Source of the DNA: Gemmatimonadota bacterium
Lineage (GTDB): Bacteria > Gemmatimonadota > Gemmatimonadetes > Palauibacterales > Palauibacteraceae
Direction of reading: 5' to 3'
NCBI GenBank assembly: GCA_958295535.1
Contig: OY282356.1
Location: forward strand, 2,404,378 to 2,468,377
DNA: 64,000 bases
Below the pieces are notes generated by a model. That model had not been told where the DNA came from and ran no database searches. It saw nothing but the letters and a program-made list of their open reading frames with translations. Both the position numbers and the translations under genes were made by a program. Below, piece after piece: positions 1 through 8,529 of this stretch; position 1 is the first letter of the stretch; each line of letters opens with the position of its first letter.

Positions 1-36
1 CCGCCCGCTCTACCTGACTGACGGTCTCCCTGTCCT

Positions 37-1821
37 CTACCTGATTACGATCTCGTCGATATCGAGGCGAAACGCTCCCAGACCGGGACCGCCCGTCCAG
101 AGGATGCCGCCGAGGCCGGACGCATCCAGGCCCGGGAAGTCGGCGAACCGTAGCGCGAACTCGCGCCACTCCTCCGTCACTTCGAAGGTCTGCGTCGTGG
201 GTATCATGCCCAGACTCTCGCAGAACATCATCACGCGGTATTCGCCCGGCTTGCCCCTGGCCCAGAACACGAGCTCCGAGCCGGCGGAGAGGTCGGCCGT
301 GGCGAAAGCGGCCTCCCCCGGATAGAACATCGCCCCCGCCCAAGGGAAGGCGAAGCCGCCGCCGATCTCGCCCGCAACCGACAGGTAGTGCGCGCTGCCG
401 GCCGCGCCGCCATCCCCTATCTCCACCATCGCCGTCGAATTGCCGCCCCTTATATCGTCGAGCGAGACATCCCATCCGACGCCGTAAGACGCCGACACTT
501 CTCCTTCGTCGAAGTCCGCCACGGGACCTGGAGGAACGGCGGCGGCTGCGACGGGCCTCTCCCGCGCAATCGGAACGCCGCCCTTCCACACGCCCACGAT
601 CGCCCGCGTGCGCGTGATGTCCTCGATAGGGTTGCCGTCGACGAGCACTATATCCGCCCGCAACCCGGGAGCTATCCGGCCGCGGTCGGCGAGGCCGAAC
701 ACCGAAGCCGGCAGGGCCGTCGCAGCCGCCAGCGCCTCTTGCGGCGCGAAGCCGGCCGCGACCAACAGCTCCATCTCCCGGTGCATGCTGGCGCCGTGCG
801 AGGTCCCCGGGTTAGGAGCATCGCTGCCCGCCAGCACTGTCACGCCGGCTTCGTGGAGCGCCCGCACCGTCTCGACCGCGTGCTCGAACGGAAACTCGGC
901 GCTCCGCGCCCCGACTCCGGGGAACACCGAAGTCAGCTGGCTCTTCTCTCCCTCTCCGAGGAACGGTTCGATATCCGGGTCGCCGACCAGGGCGGCGCCG
1001 GAGGCGGTACCGCCCAGACCCTCGAGCACGGTGAGCGTGGGAACGACGAAGATCCCCTGCGCGCGAGCTTCCGCCACGAAGTCCGCCGGGGGCGCGGAGT
1101 CCGAGAAGATGTGAACCAAGCCGTCCACCCCCGCCGCCAGGGCGGTGCGGGCGGCCGACAGTGTCGTGGCGTGGGCCACCGCCAACTTGCCATGCCCCCT
1201 CGCCGCCGCAGCCAGCGCCCGCACGGCCGGAAGACCCAGCGTCGGCGTAGACCGGCCGGCGATCGTGCCGTCCTCGATGACGATCTTGATGAAGTCGGAG
1301 CCCTCCGCGATACGCTCCGCGACCCAACCTTCCGCCTCCTCCGCCTCGACCAGGGTGGGGATCTCGAAACCGTACTGCGTGCCGTGGCCTCCAGGCGCCG
1401 TTGCCAGAGTCCCCGCCGAGACGAGATCGGCGCGGCCGGCCGCCCCGCCGGCCCGCTGCTCCCGTCGCATCTCGTTCGCGTACGTCGTATCCGTGAACAT
1501 GTCGAGGACGGTGGTGGTCCCGAAGACCGGAGCTCTCCAGAGCGCATCGCCCCAGGAATGCGTGTGGGAATCGATGAAGCCCGGGAGAAGCGTCCGCCCT
1601 GTTCCATCGATCGTCATCGCTCCGGCAGGAGCTGCCACCCCGGCGCCGACCGCCTCGATGAGACCGTCCCTGACCACAAGAGTGACGCCATCGATGACGG
1701 TCCGACCGTCGAATACGCGGACGCCGGTGACCGCCCAGGGCTGCTGGGCGTGTCCCGTCTCCGCCATTCCGGCCACGAACAGAACCAAGAGCGACAGCCG
1801 GCCTGCCGAAGTCGCAATCAC
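37..1821 (-). CDS. Secreted amidohydrolase-family metal-dependent hydrolase with an extra C-terminal beta-rich domain. Probable GTG start at 1821 overlaps the upstream stop (GTGA); the ORF track's ATG at 1893 is the alternative.
   Basis: 618-aa ORF with amidohydrolase signatures (FIDSHTHS metal-binding start, HATT, D-containing C-terminal motifs). Signal-peptide-like LSLLVLFVAGMAETGHAQQ begins right after the GTG. The upstream stop at 1818-1820 gives GTGA coupling. Confidence 0.75.
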   Translation of the reverse strand: MIATSAGRLSLLVLFVAGMAETGHAQQPWAVTGVRVFDGRTVIDGVTLVVRDGLIEAVGAGVAAPAGAMTIDGTGRTLLPGFIDSHTHSWGDALWRAPVFGTTTVLDMFTDTTYANEMRREQRAGGAAGRADLVSAGTLATAPGGHGTQYGFEIPTLVEAEEAEGWVAERIAEGSDFIKIVIEDGTIAGRSTPTLGLPAVRALAAAARGHGKLAVAHATTLSAARTALAAGVDGLVHIFSDSAPPADFVAEARAQGIFVVPTLTVLEGLGGTASGAALVGDPDIEPFLGEGEKSQLTSVFPGVGARSAEFPFEHAVETVRALHEAGVTVLAGSDAPNPGTSHGASMHREMELLVAAGFAPQEALAAATALPASVFGLADRGRIAPGLRADIVLVDGNPIEDITRTRAIVGVWKGGVPIARERPVAAAAVPPGPVADFDEGEVSASYGVGWDVSLDDIRGGNSTAMVEIGDGGAAGSAHYLSVAGEIGGGFAFPWAGAMFYPGEAAFATADLSAGSELVFWARGKPGEYRVMMFCESLGMIPTTQTFEVTEEWREFALRFADFPGLDASGLGGILWTGGPGLGAFRLDIDEIVIR

Positions 1822-3767
1822 CGCAAACCCTCTCTCTCTCCGCCAGCAGAAGGCAGTGAACCGGGAATCCGCAAAGCGGGTGGCCGCCGCCAAAGCCCCG
1901 CGGCCTCCCTGGATATCTCGCGGAAGCTAACCGTGCTCCGCAGTGGATCCCAGACCCGCGCGTACGTCAAACTGATCAGGCCCGGCTCCCGCAACCGGAC
2001 AGCCTCTCTCAGATACCGCAGCCCCATGTCGTACTCGCCCAGACCCACGGAGGTCTTCGCCTGTTCGACGTACGGGACCGGCTCGCCAGAGGCCTGGCGC
2101 ACGAGCTGGTCGACTTGCCGGGCCGCCCAGTAGCTCCTCGCCGGATCATCCGCGTCGAAAGCTCCGCGCATCTCCTGCACGCGGCGCCGGTTATCGGGAG
2201 TATCCCCCGATATCTCGTAAATTCCGCTGATTCGGGCCTCCAGGGCTCCGGCCGCGTCATCCGCCAGCAGGAGCGTCTCCTCCAAGCCGGCCCAGGCGGC
2301 ACGGTTCGCCGGTTCGTCGCTCAATACCGCCCGGTAGAGGGTGGCGGCGCCGTCGTGCATCCCTTCGACTGTCAGCCGCCGAGCGGCGCTGATCCTGCCT
2401 AGAATCGTCTCGCGGCCAGCCTCCCCCTCTCGGGGCGAGTCGGCGATTCGCCGCCCGAGCTCGGTGAAGATCCTCACGTAGTCTCGTACGAGGGAATCGG
2501 ATTCGACCAGTGCGGCGTACGCTTCCATCTCCGCTCCCTCCGAATCCGGCAAGAGAGCCAAGACCTCGTCCCAATGACTCTCCATCTCCACCCGGACGGA
2601 GTTCACCTTGTCCTCGGCGCCTCCCAGGGAATCGGCTATCGACAGGTCCTCCCTGATATGCCTTAGCGCGTCGAGAGGATCGGACAACGAGTCTCCCGTC
2701 TGTAACAGCAGCAGCAGTTGGGTGGCGGCCCGCCACGCGTACGCCTGTCCGAAGCCGGGATCGATATCCGCGGACAGGCTAAAGCTCGCGAGCGCGTCGG
2801 CAAGTCCTGCGTCGGCGCTTTCGCCGAACTCCTCGCGCCCCTGCATGAAAGCCATGTACGCCTCTGGATCCACCGGCGGTATCTGCTCCAAGATCCGCTC
2901 CATGCCTTCGTCGTCGGCGGCTACCTCCTCTTCGACCGCGATGGCGATCTCGCGGGCGATCTCCGCTTGCACACGGAAGATGTCCGTCAACTCCCGGTGG
3001 AAGGTCCAGGTCAGCAGGTGAGTGTCGGTGGGAGCGTGCAACAGCTGCAGGCTGATGCGCACGCTGTTGCCTTCGGTCGCCGCGGCTACCGAACCAGTCA
3101 CGATGGCCTGAACCTGCAACTCCTCCGCAACTCTTGGCAGGAGCAGCCTCGTATTCGCGTAGCGTTCGACGGATGTTCTGGAAACCACGCGCAAGCTGGT
3201 AATCCGCGTCAGATGCGTGATGATCTCTTCGTGAAGCTGGCGCGCGAACATGTCGTCGCCATCCGCGAAGTAGGCCAGCGGGAGTACCGCGATGGCCGTA
3301 ACCGGGGCTTCGGGATCCATGTCCGCCGCGGTCAGAACGCCCCGTCCGGGGATGACGGTGCCGGAGGGCGCCGGGTCGCCGCCGGGGCCACCGTCCGAAT
3401 CGGCCCCTGCCGGGACATTTCCATCGCTGATTATGGTGCCGCGGAACCAGAGCGCGGCGAAGGCTACGGACGCCACGGTCACTACCAGCATGGCGATGCG
3501 CGGAGCGCGGGTACCGGCCCCCTGGCGCCCAATGCCTTTCGTACGTTCCAATCCGCTCGAGGTCAGGTCATACACCCAGGCGAAGGCGAGCGCCACCGGA
3601 AAGCCCAAAGCGGCCGCCACGACCACGGACTGGAGCGCCCATCCGGGCGCATCGAAGGCCGGGAGGACGATCTCCCCCAGTTGCAGCACGACAAAGGCGG
3701 CCACCGCGTACACTCCGCCGGCGCGAACGACGCCCCGGCGACGCAGCTCGCGCCAGAAGCGGCTCAA
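1818..3767 (-). CDS. N-terminally membrane-anchored TPR/TolB-like repeat protein, co-transcribed with the amidohydrolase.
   Basis: 649-aa ORF. Its N-terminus (RRGVVRAGGVYAVAAFVVLQLGEIVLP) is a basic stretch plus one TM helix, typical of this family. The remainder is a long helical, TPR-like region. It has a lower-GC promoter region upstream. Confidence 0.6.
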   Translation of the reverse strand: MSRFWRELRRRGVVRAGGVYAVAAFVVLQLGEIVLPAFDAPGWALQSVVVAAALGFPVALAFAWVYDLTSSGLERTKGIGRQGAGTRAPRIAMLVVTVASVAFAALWFRGTIISDGNVPAGADSDGGPGGDPAPSGTVIPGRGVLTAADMDPEAPVTAIAVLPLAYFADGDDMFARQLHEEIITHLTRITSLRVVSRTSVERYANTRLLLPRVAEELQVQAIVTGSVAAATEGNSVRISLQLLHAPTDTHLLTWTFHRELTDIFRVQAEIAREIAIAVEEEVAADDEGMERILEQIPPVDPEAYMAFMQGREEFGESADAGLADALASFSLSADIDPGFGQAYAWRAATQLLLLLQTGDSLSDPLDALRHIREDLSIADSLGGAEDKVNSVRVEMESHWDEVLALLPDSEGAEMEAYAALVESDSLVRDYVRIFTELGRRIADSPREGEAGRETILGRISAARRLTVEGMHDGAATLYRAVLSDEPANRAAWAGLEETLLLADDAAGALEARISGIYEISGDTPDNRRRVQEMRGAFDADDPARSYWAARQVDQLVRQASGEPVPYVEQAKTSVGLGEYDMGLRYLREAVRLREPGLISLTYARVWDPLRSTVSFREISREAAGLWRRPPALRIPGSLPSAGGEREGLR

Positions 3768-3976
3768 CCCCTGCGAGGTTCTATTGCGTGCTTACCCATG
3801 CGGGACAACTATCCATCTGCGGGACAACCTTCCATCCGGCACGGTGGGAGAACGTTCTCGGCAACGAGCTGTACACTGGTCCAAAAGACACCGTCCAAAG
3901 ACACATGGAATCAAGAAAGAAAATCGGGACAAGCAACATCATTCCATTGCTAATCTTAGACAATAGATAGGGCGAG
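3768..3976. promoter_or_regulatory. Divergent promoter region between the TPR protein (-) and the solute-binding protein (+), with a direct repeat TGCGGGACAAC(T/C)-TCCAT x2.
   Basis: AT-richer 200 bp between divergent genes. Repeat visible at about 3797-3840. Confidence 0.3.
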
Positions 3977-5107
3977 ATGGTTCCAGTGGCGACCTTTCAA
4001 CGCAAGACGATCGGCGTGACTGCCGTCCCCCGCGCTCTGGCTGCCGCGGCTTGCGCATTGGCGATGGCGGCCTGCTCGAGCGACCCGGACCGCAAGATGC
4101 TGAGCGTGGTTTCCTGGGGCGGGGCTTACGGACGAGCGCAGGAGATGGCGTGGTTCGAGCCCTTCGCCGAGAGCACCGGCACCGAGGTCTCCATCGACTT
4201 CTTCAACGGCGGCTTGGCCCAGGTGCGCACGCAGGTGAACGCGGGCAACGTCTACTGGGATATCGTCGATCTCGATCTGGCCGATGCGGCGCGCGCCTGC
4301 GATGAGGGACTGCTGGAGGTCATCGATGTCGACATTCTCGCCCCGGCCCCGGACGGAACGCCGGGGATCGACGACTACGATGCGGGAGAGTTGCCCGAGT
4401 GCGGCGTCGGCGTCAGCTATTATGCCGGAGTCGTCGCGTACAACAGGGACTACTACCCGGGCGACAAGCCGGAGACTATCGCCGACTTCTTCGATCTGGA
4501 GAAGTTTCCCGGGCGCCGGGGGATGCAGCGCAACCCGCAGCCCAACTTGGAACGAGCATTGATGGGCGATGGCGTGCCGCTCGATTCGGTGTATGCCGTC
4601 CTGGACACGCCGGAAGGACTGGATCGGGCCTTCCGCAAGCTCGACACCATCAAGGATCAGATAGTGTGGTGGGAAGCGGGGGCGCAGCCGCCTCAGCTGC
4701 TGGCCGATGGAGAGGTGGCGATGACCACGTCGTGGAACGGCCGCATCTTCAACGCCCAAGTCGAAGAGAACCAGCCCTTCGAGATAATGTGGGACGGCGC
4801 GATACTCAGCATGGGACAGTTGACGATCGTGGCCGGATCGAAGAATCTTGAAACGGCCCTCGAGTTTCTGACCTTTGCCACGGTCCCGGAGAACCTGGCC
4901 GGGATATCGCGTTACATCTCTTACGGGCCGATGCGCATATCGGCGAGACAGTTCGTTGGCCGTCACGTCGGAACCGGTGTGGAAATGGCTCCGCACCTGC
5001 CTACCTACCCCGACAACTCGAAGGGGGCGCTGCGCGACGACTGGCAATGGTGGGGACAGCACCGAGACGAGATGAACGAACTCTTCAGCGCCTGGTTGGC
5101 TCGCTAG
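3977..5107 (+). CDS. Periplasmic solute-binding lipoprotein, extracellular SBP family 1 (PotD/PotF polyamine-type).
   Basis: 376 aa. Lipobox-type N-terminus (ALAMAACSS). Typical SBP_bac_1 length and composition (W/Y-rich, VVAYNRDYY). No ABC permease adjacent. Confidence 0.7.
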   Translation: MVPVATFQRKTIGVTAVPRALAAAACALAMAACSSDPDRKMLSVVSWGGAYGRAQEMAWFEPFAESTGTEVSIDFFNGGLAQVRTQVNAGNVYWDIVDLDLADAARACDEGLLEVIDVDILAPAPDGTPGIDDYDAGELPECGVGVSYYAGVVAYNRDYYPGDKPETIADFFDLEKFPGRRGMQRNPQPNLERALMGDGVPLDSVYAVLDTPEGLDRAFRKLDTIKDQIVWWEAGAQPPQLLADGEVAMTTSWNGRIFNAQVEENQPFEIMWDGAILSMGQLTIVAGSKNLETALEFLTFATVPENLAGISRYISYGPMRISARQFVGRHVGTGVEMAPHLPTYPDNSKGALRDDWQWWGQHRDEMNELFSAWLAR

Positions 5108-5170
5108 CCATGAGACTTCAGCGCCTGGTCGGCTCGCTAACCGCGAAACTCTTCAGCGCATGGGCGGCCT
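5078..5170. repeat. About 33-bp tandem repeat x3 (ACTCTTCAGCGCCTGGTTGGCTCGCTAGCC-like) spanning the SBP stop and the PQQ-dehydrogenase start.
   Basis: Three near-identical copies read directly. They encode ELFSAWLAR*, LQRLVGSLA/LQRLVGSLT and KLFSAWAAS in successive copies. Confidence 0.7.
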
Positions 5171-7146
5171 CGCTAGCCGTGAGAGGCCATGTCGTGGCCG
5201 CGTGGTTCGGGGGCGCGGCCACCATTCTGGGAGCGGGGATCTTCGTGCCGGCCGACCGGCTCGAGGCCGTAGCTCAACGAGGCGCCGCGAATGGCGAGTG
5301 GCTGCACTGGGCCGGTGACGCCGGCTCCACCCGGTACGCGCCTCTGGACCAGATCGACGCCTCCAACGTGGCGGACCTGCAAATCGCGTGGCGGTGGCAG
5401 TCCCGCAACTTCGGCCCGACCCCCGAGAGCTACTACCGCGTGACGCCGCTCTACGCGAACGGCATGATCTACGCGACGGCCGGCTTTCGGCGGGCAGCGG
5501 TCGCGATCGACCCGGAGACGGGCGAGACGCTCTGGATGTACCGGCTCGACGAGGGAGAGCGCGGTGGCAACTCTCCGCGGGGCAACTCTGGCCGGGGGGT
5601 CGGCTACTGGAGCGACGGCGACGGCGAGAAGAGAGTCCTGCTGATCACGCCAGGCTACCACATGGTCTCCCTCGATGCCGACACTGGGGTCCCCGACCCC
5701 GCTTTCGGCGAGAACGGGATAGTCGACCTCAAGCTGGGGCTCGGGCGCGAGATCGACTTGGTGGAAGCGCGGATCGGGTCGAGCTCTCCTCCCGTCATCG
5801 TGGGAGATGTCGCCGTCGTCGGGGCGGCGCTGCCCGTCGGCGCGCGTCCACCCACGAAGGAGATGCCTCCCGGCCATGTGCGAGGATTCGATGTGCGGAC
5901 CGGCGAACTCCGGTGGATCTTCCACACTATCCCGCAGCCGGACGATTATGGACACGAGACGTGGGAGGACGACTCCTGGTCGTTCACGGGCAACGCCGCC
6001 GTCTGGGCGCCGTTCACGGCCGATCCCGAACTGGGATACGTATATCTGCCCGTAGAAGCGGGGACGGGCGACTACTACGGCGGGCACCGTCCGGGAGACA
6101 ACCTGTACTCTCAGAGTCTGGTGTGCCTGGACGCGAGGGATGGAAGCATAGTGTGGCACTACCAGACCGTGCGCCACGGGATCTGGGACTTCGATCCGCC
6201 CGCCGCGCCAGTCCTCATGGACATCACGGTGGACGGACGAGACATCCGCGCGGTGGCGCAGGTCACCAAGCAGACGTTCACGTTCACGTTCGACCGGATC
6301 ACGGGGGAGCCTGTCTGGCCGATCGAGGATCGTCCCGTGCCGGCGGGCGACGTGCCCGGCGAGTGGTACGCGCCGACGCAGCCGTTCCCGGTTCTGCCGG
6401 TGCCCTTCGATGTTCAGGGGGTGACGGAAGACGACCTGTTGGATCTGACGCCGGAACTGAAGGCCGAGGCGCTCGAGATCGCGCAGAAGCTGACTCTGGG
6501 TCCGATGTACACGCCTCCCACTCTGATCGAGGAGGGCGGCAACCAGGGTACGCTCGTGATGCCCGGCAGCCTTGGCGGCGCCAACTGGCCGGGAGCGGCG
6601 TACGACCCCGAGACGCAGCGGCTGTTCATCGGTTCCTCCACCCGGCCTTCCGTGATAGGCCTCGTCCATGATCCGGAGTCTTCCAACATGCGGTATATCC
6701 AAGGCCAGGCGCGGGGCGTAGGCGGACCCCGGGGATTGCCTTTGGTCAAGCCGCCGTGGGGGAGGATCACGGCGCTCGACATGAAGACCGGGCAAAAGGC
6801 GTGGACGATCGCGAATGACGACACGCCTTCCTTCATCGCGGAACATCCCGCGCTCGAGGGAGTCTCGGTTCCGCGCACGGGGCGGCAGACCCGGGCCGGC
6901 TTGCTCGCCACCCGAACTCTGCTCTTTGCCGGTACCGGCGGCGGGACGATGTCGGCCAGCCGGACGGGCCTGCTTCGGGCGCACGACAAGGCGACGGGCG
7001 AGATACTGGCGGCGATCGAGCTGCCGTCGCACCAGACCGGGGTGCCGATGACCTACATGCACGGGGGCAGGCAGTACATCGTCGTGGCCGTGGCCGGGCG
7101 GGGCGTGCCCGGGGAGCTGGTCGCGCTCCGGCTTCCCTCCCGCTGA
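5110..7146 (+). CDS. PQQ-dependent dehydrogenase (quinoprotein alcohol/glucose dehydrogenase family), secreted.
   Basis: About 679 aa from the internal ATG. Signal peptide. Repeated W-containing beta-propeller motifs (WRWQS, WHYQT, IWDFD). Length and motifs are typical of the methanol/ethanol PQQ-dehydrogenase family. The ORF-track start at 5047 overlaps the upstream gene. Confidence 0.75.
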   Translation: MRLQRLVGSLTAKLFSAWAASLAVRGHVVAAWFGGAATILGAGIFVPADRLEAVAQRGAANGEWLHWAGDAGSTRYAPLDQIDASNVADLQIAWRWQSRNFGPTPESYYRVTPLYANGMIYATAGFRRAAVAIDPETGETLWMYRLDEGERGGNSPRGNSGRGVGYWSDGDGEKRVLLITPGYHMVSLDADTGVPDPAFGENGIVDLKLGLGREIDLVEARIGSSSPPVIVGDVAVVGAALPVGARPPTKEMPPGHVRGFDVRTGELRWIFHTIPQPDDYGHETWEDDSWSFTGNAAVWAPFTADPELGYVYLPVEAGTGDYYGGHRPGDNLYSQSLVCLDARDGSIVWHYQTVRHGIWDFDPPAAPVLMDITVDGRDIRAVAQVTKQTFTFTFDRITGEPVWPIEDRPVPAGDVPGEWYAPTQPFPVLPVPFDVQGVTEDDLLDLTPELKAEALEIAQKLTLGPMYTPPTLIEEGGNQGTLVMPGSLGGANWPGAAYDPETQRLFIGSSTRPSVIGLVHDPESSNMRYIQGQARGVGGPRGLPLVKPPWGRITALDMKTGQKAWTIANDDTPSFIAEHPALEGVSVPRTGRQTRAGLLATRTLLFAGTGGGTMSASRTGLLRAHDKATGEILAAIELPSHQTGVPMTYMHGGRQYIVVAVAGRGVPGELVALRLPSR

Positions 7147-7293
7147 GAGTCTTCGGACAGTTCTGCCCGAGGGGAGCCTGCCCGACGCCGGACTATGGCC
7201 TCCTGGCCGGCTGAGGGCGTGCCGGCCGAGAGCGTGCCCGTTGAGAGGGCGCCCCGTTGAGAGGGCACCGACTGATAGGGGCCGGCTAAGAGG

Positions 7294-8529
7294 GTGCCGC
7301 CTGTAAAAGTCCTGCGGGGGACGCCATTCCACGAGCGCACCGCCCCGATCTGCCAGACCGAGCAGTGGCGGCGGTGGGCCGGCTACCTCGCCGCCGCCTC
7401 GTACGAGCCTTCCCACGAGCGGGAATACCACGCAATCCGGTCGGCAGCGGCGCTAATCGACGTCTCCCCGCTCTACAAGTACCGCATATCCGGCACCGAT
7501 GCGGCGGCGCTGATGAACCGCGTCGTGACGCGGAATGTGGAGAGGCAGGAGGTAGGCCAGGTCTACTACGCGCCGTGGTGCGACTCCGCCGGCAAGGTGC
7601 GCGACGATGGCACGCTCCAACGGCTCGGCGAGTCGGATTTCCGGCTGACTTCGGCGGCGCCCACTCTCAAGTGGCTGCACGACAGCGCCGGGGGCCTGGA
7701 TGTAGAGCTGGAAGAGGAGAGCGAAGCGCTGGGCGCGCTGGCGCTCCAGGGACCGCTATCGCGGACCATCCTCCAGCAGATTGCCGATGGGGATGTCGAT
7801 GGGCTCCGCTACTTCGGAGTGATGACGGCGAAGGCGGGCGGCGTGCCAGTCACCATCTCGCGCACGGGATACACCGGCGATCTGGGATACGAGATCTGGG
7901 TGGATGCCGGGGATGCCATCGCTCTCTGGGACGCGCTCGTAGACGCGGGGACGCCATTCGGCCTCGCGCCAGCGGGGCTGATCGCCCTCGACATGGCGCG
8001 GGTGGAGGCCGGTCTGCTGCTCGTGGACGTAGACTACATTCCGGCGCACCGAGCGGTCATCGAGGCGCAGAAGTCATCGCCATACGAGCTGGGTCTCGGT
8101 TGGGCGGTAGCGCTGAACGGTTCCAACTACACCGGGCGGGCGGCCCTCCGCGCCGAAGCATCGAGTCCGTCGGAGTGGCGCTTTCGGGGGATAACCGTGA
8201 GCTGGGACTCTCTTGAGCAACTTTACTCAGTAGTACACCTTCCTCCTCAACTTCCTGCAGCGGTTCTCCGGGAGAGTGTCCCCATCTACAGCGGCAGCCG
8301 CCAAGTGGGCTACGCCACCAGCCGCGGATGGTCGCCCACGCTCAAGAGGTATCTGGGACTGGCCCACCTGCAAGCGGATTTTGCGGAGCCGGGCGCCGAA
8401 CTGGAGATCGAAGTCACGGTCGAGCACCGGCGGCAGCGCGCGCGCGCCACCGTGGCGAAGACGCCCTTCTTCGATCCCAGCCGGAAGCGCTCGGCCGCTG
8501 GCGCGCCCACGGAGAAGAAGCGGCGGTGA
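7294..8529 (+). CDS. Aminomethyltransferase-family protein (GcvT/DmdA-like, folate-binding).
   Basis: 411 aa with GcvT-family hallmarks (LIDVSPLYKYRISG, YTGDLGYEIWV, C-terminal barrel). Its stop overlaps the next start (GTGA). Confidence 0.75.
   Translation: MPPVKVLRGTPFHERTAPICQTEQWRRWAGYLAAASYEPSHEREYHAIRSAAALIDVSPLYKYRISGTDAAALMNRVVTRNVERQEVGQVYYAPWCDSAGKVRDDGTLQRLGESDFRLTSAAPTLKWLHDSAGGLDVELEEESEALGALALQGPLSRTILQQIADGDVDGLRYFGVMTAKAGGVPVTISRTGYTGDLGYEIWVDAGDAIALWDALVDAGTPFGLAPAGLIALDMARVEAGLLLVDVDYIPAHRAVIEAQKSSPYELGLGWAVALNGSNYTGRAALRAEASSPSEWRFRGITVSWDSLEQLYSVVHLPPQLPAAVLRESVPIYSGSRQVGYATSRGWSPTLKRYLGLAHLQADFAEPGAELEIEVTVEHRRQRARATVAKTPFFDPSRKRSAAGAPTEKKRR

Noticed and set aside
388-2133. 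581-aa plus-strand ORF antisense to the amidohydrolase. Similar very long antisense or alternative-frame ORFs lie at 5173-7431, 8276-10111, 10228-11265, 13075-14988, 23763-24551, 40315-41154, 42705-45263 and 51987-53783.
   Set aside because: Arg/Pro/Gly/Ala-rich low-complexity translations are typical of stop-codon-poor alternate frames in high-GC DNA. Each overlaps a gene with clear conserved-family motifs on the other strand or frame.
7147-7293. Possible glycine riboswitch upstream of the GcvT-family gene.
   Set aside because: The spacer has GAGAGGGCRCC repeats, but I could not find the conserved tandem-aptamer core (GGAGAG(…)CTCTGGAGAG(…)ACCGAAGGGGCAA). The gene is probably not the canonical gcvT. 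An Infernal scan with RF00504 would settle it.
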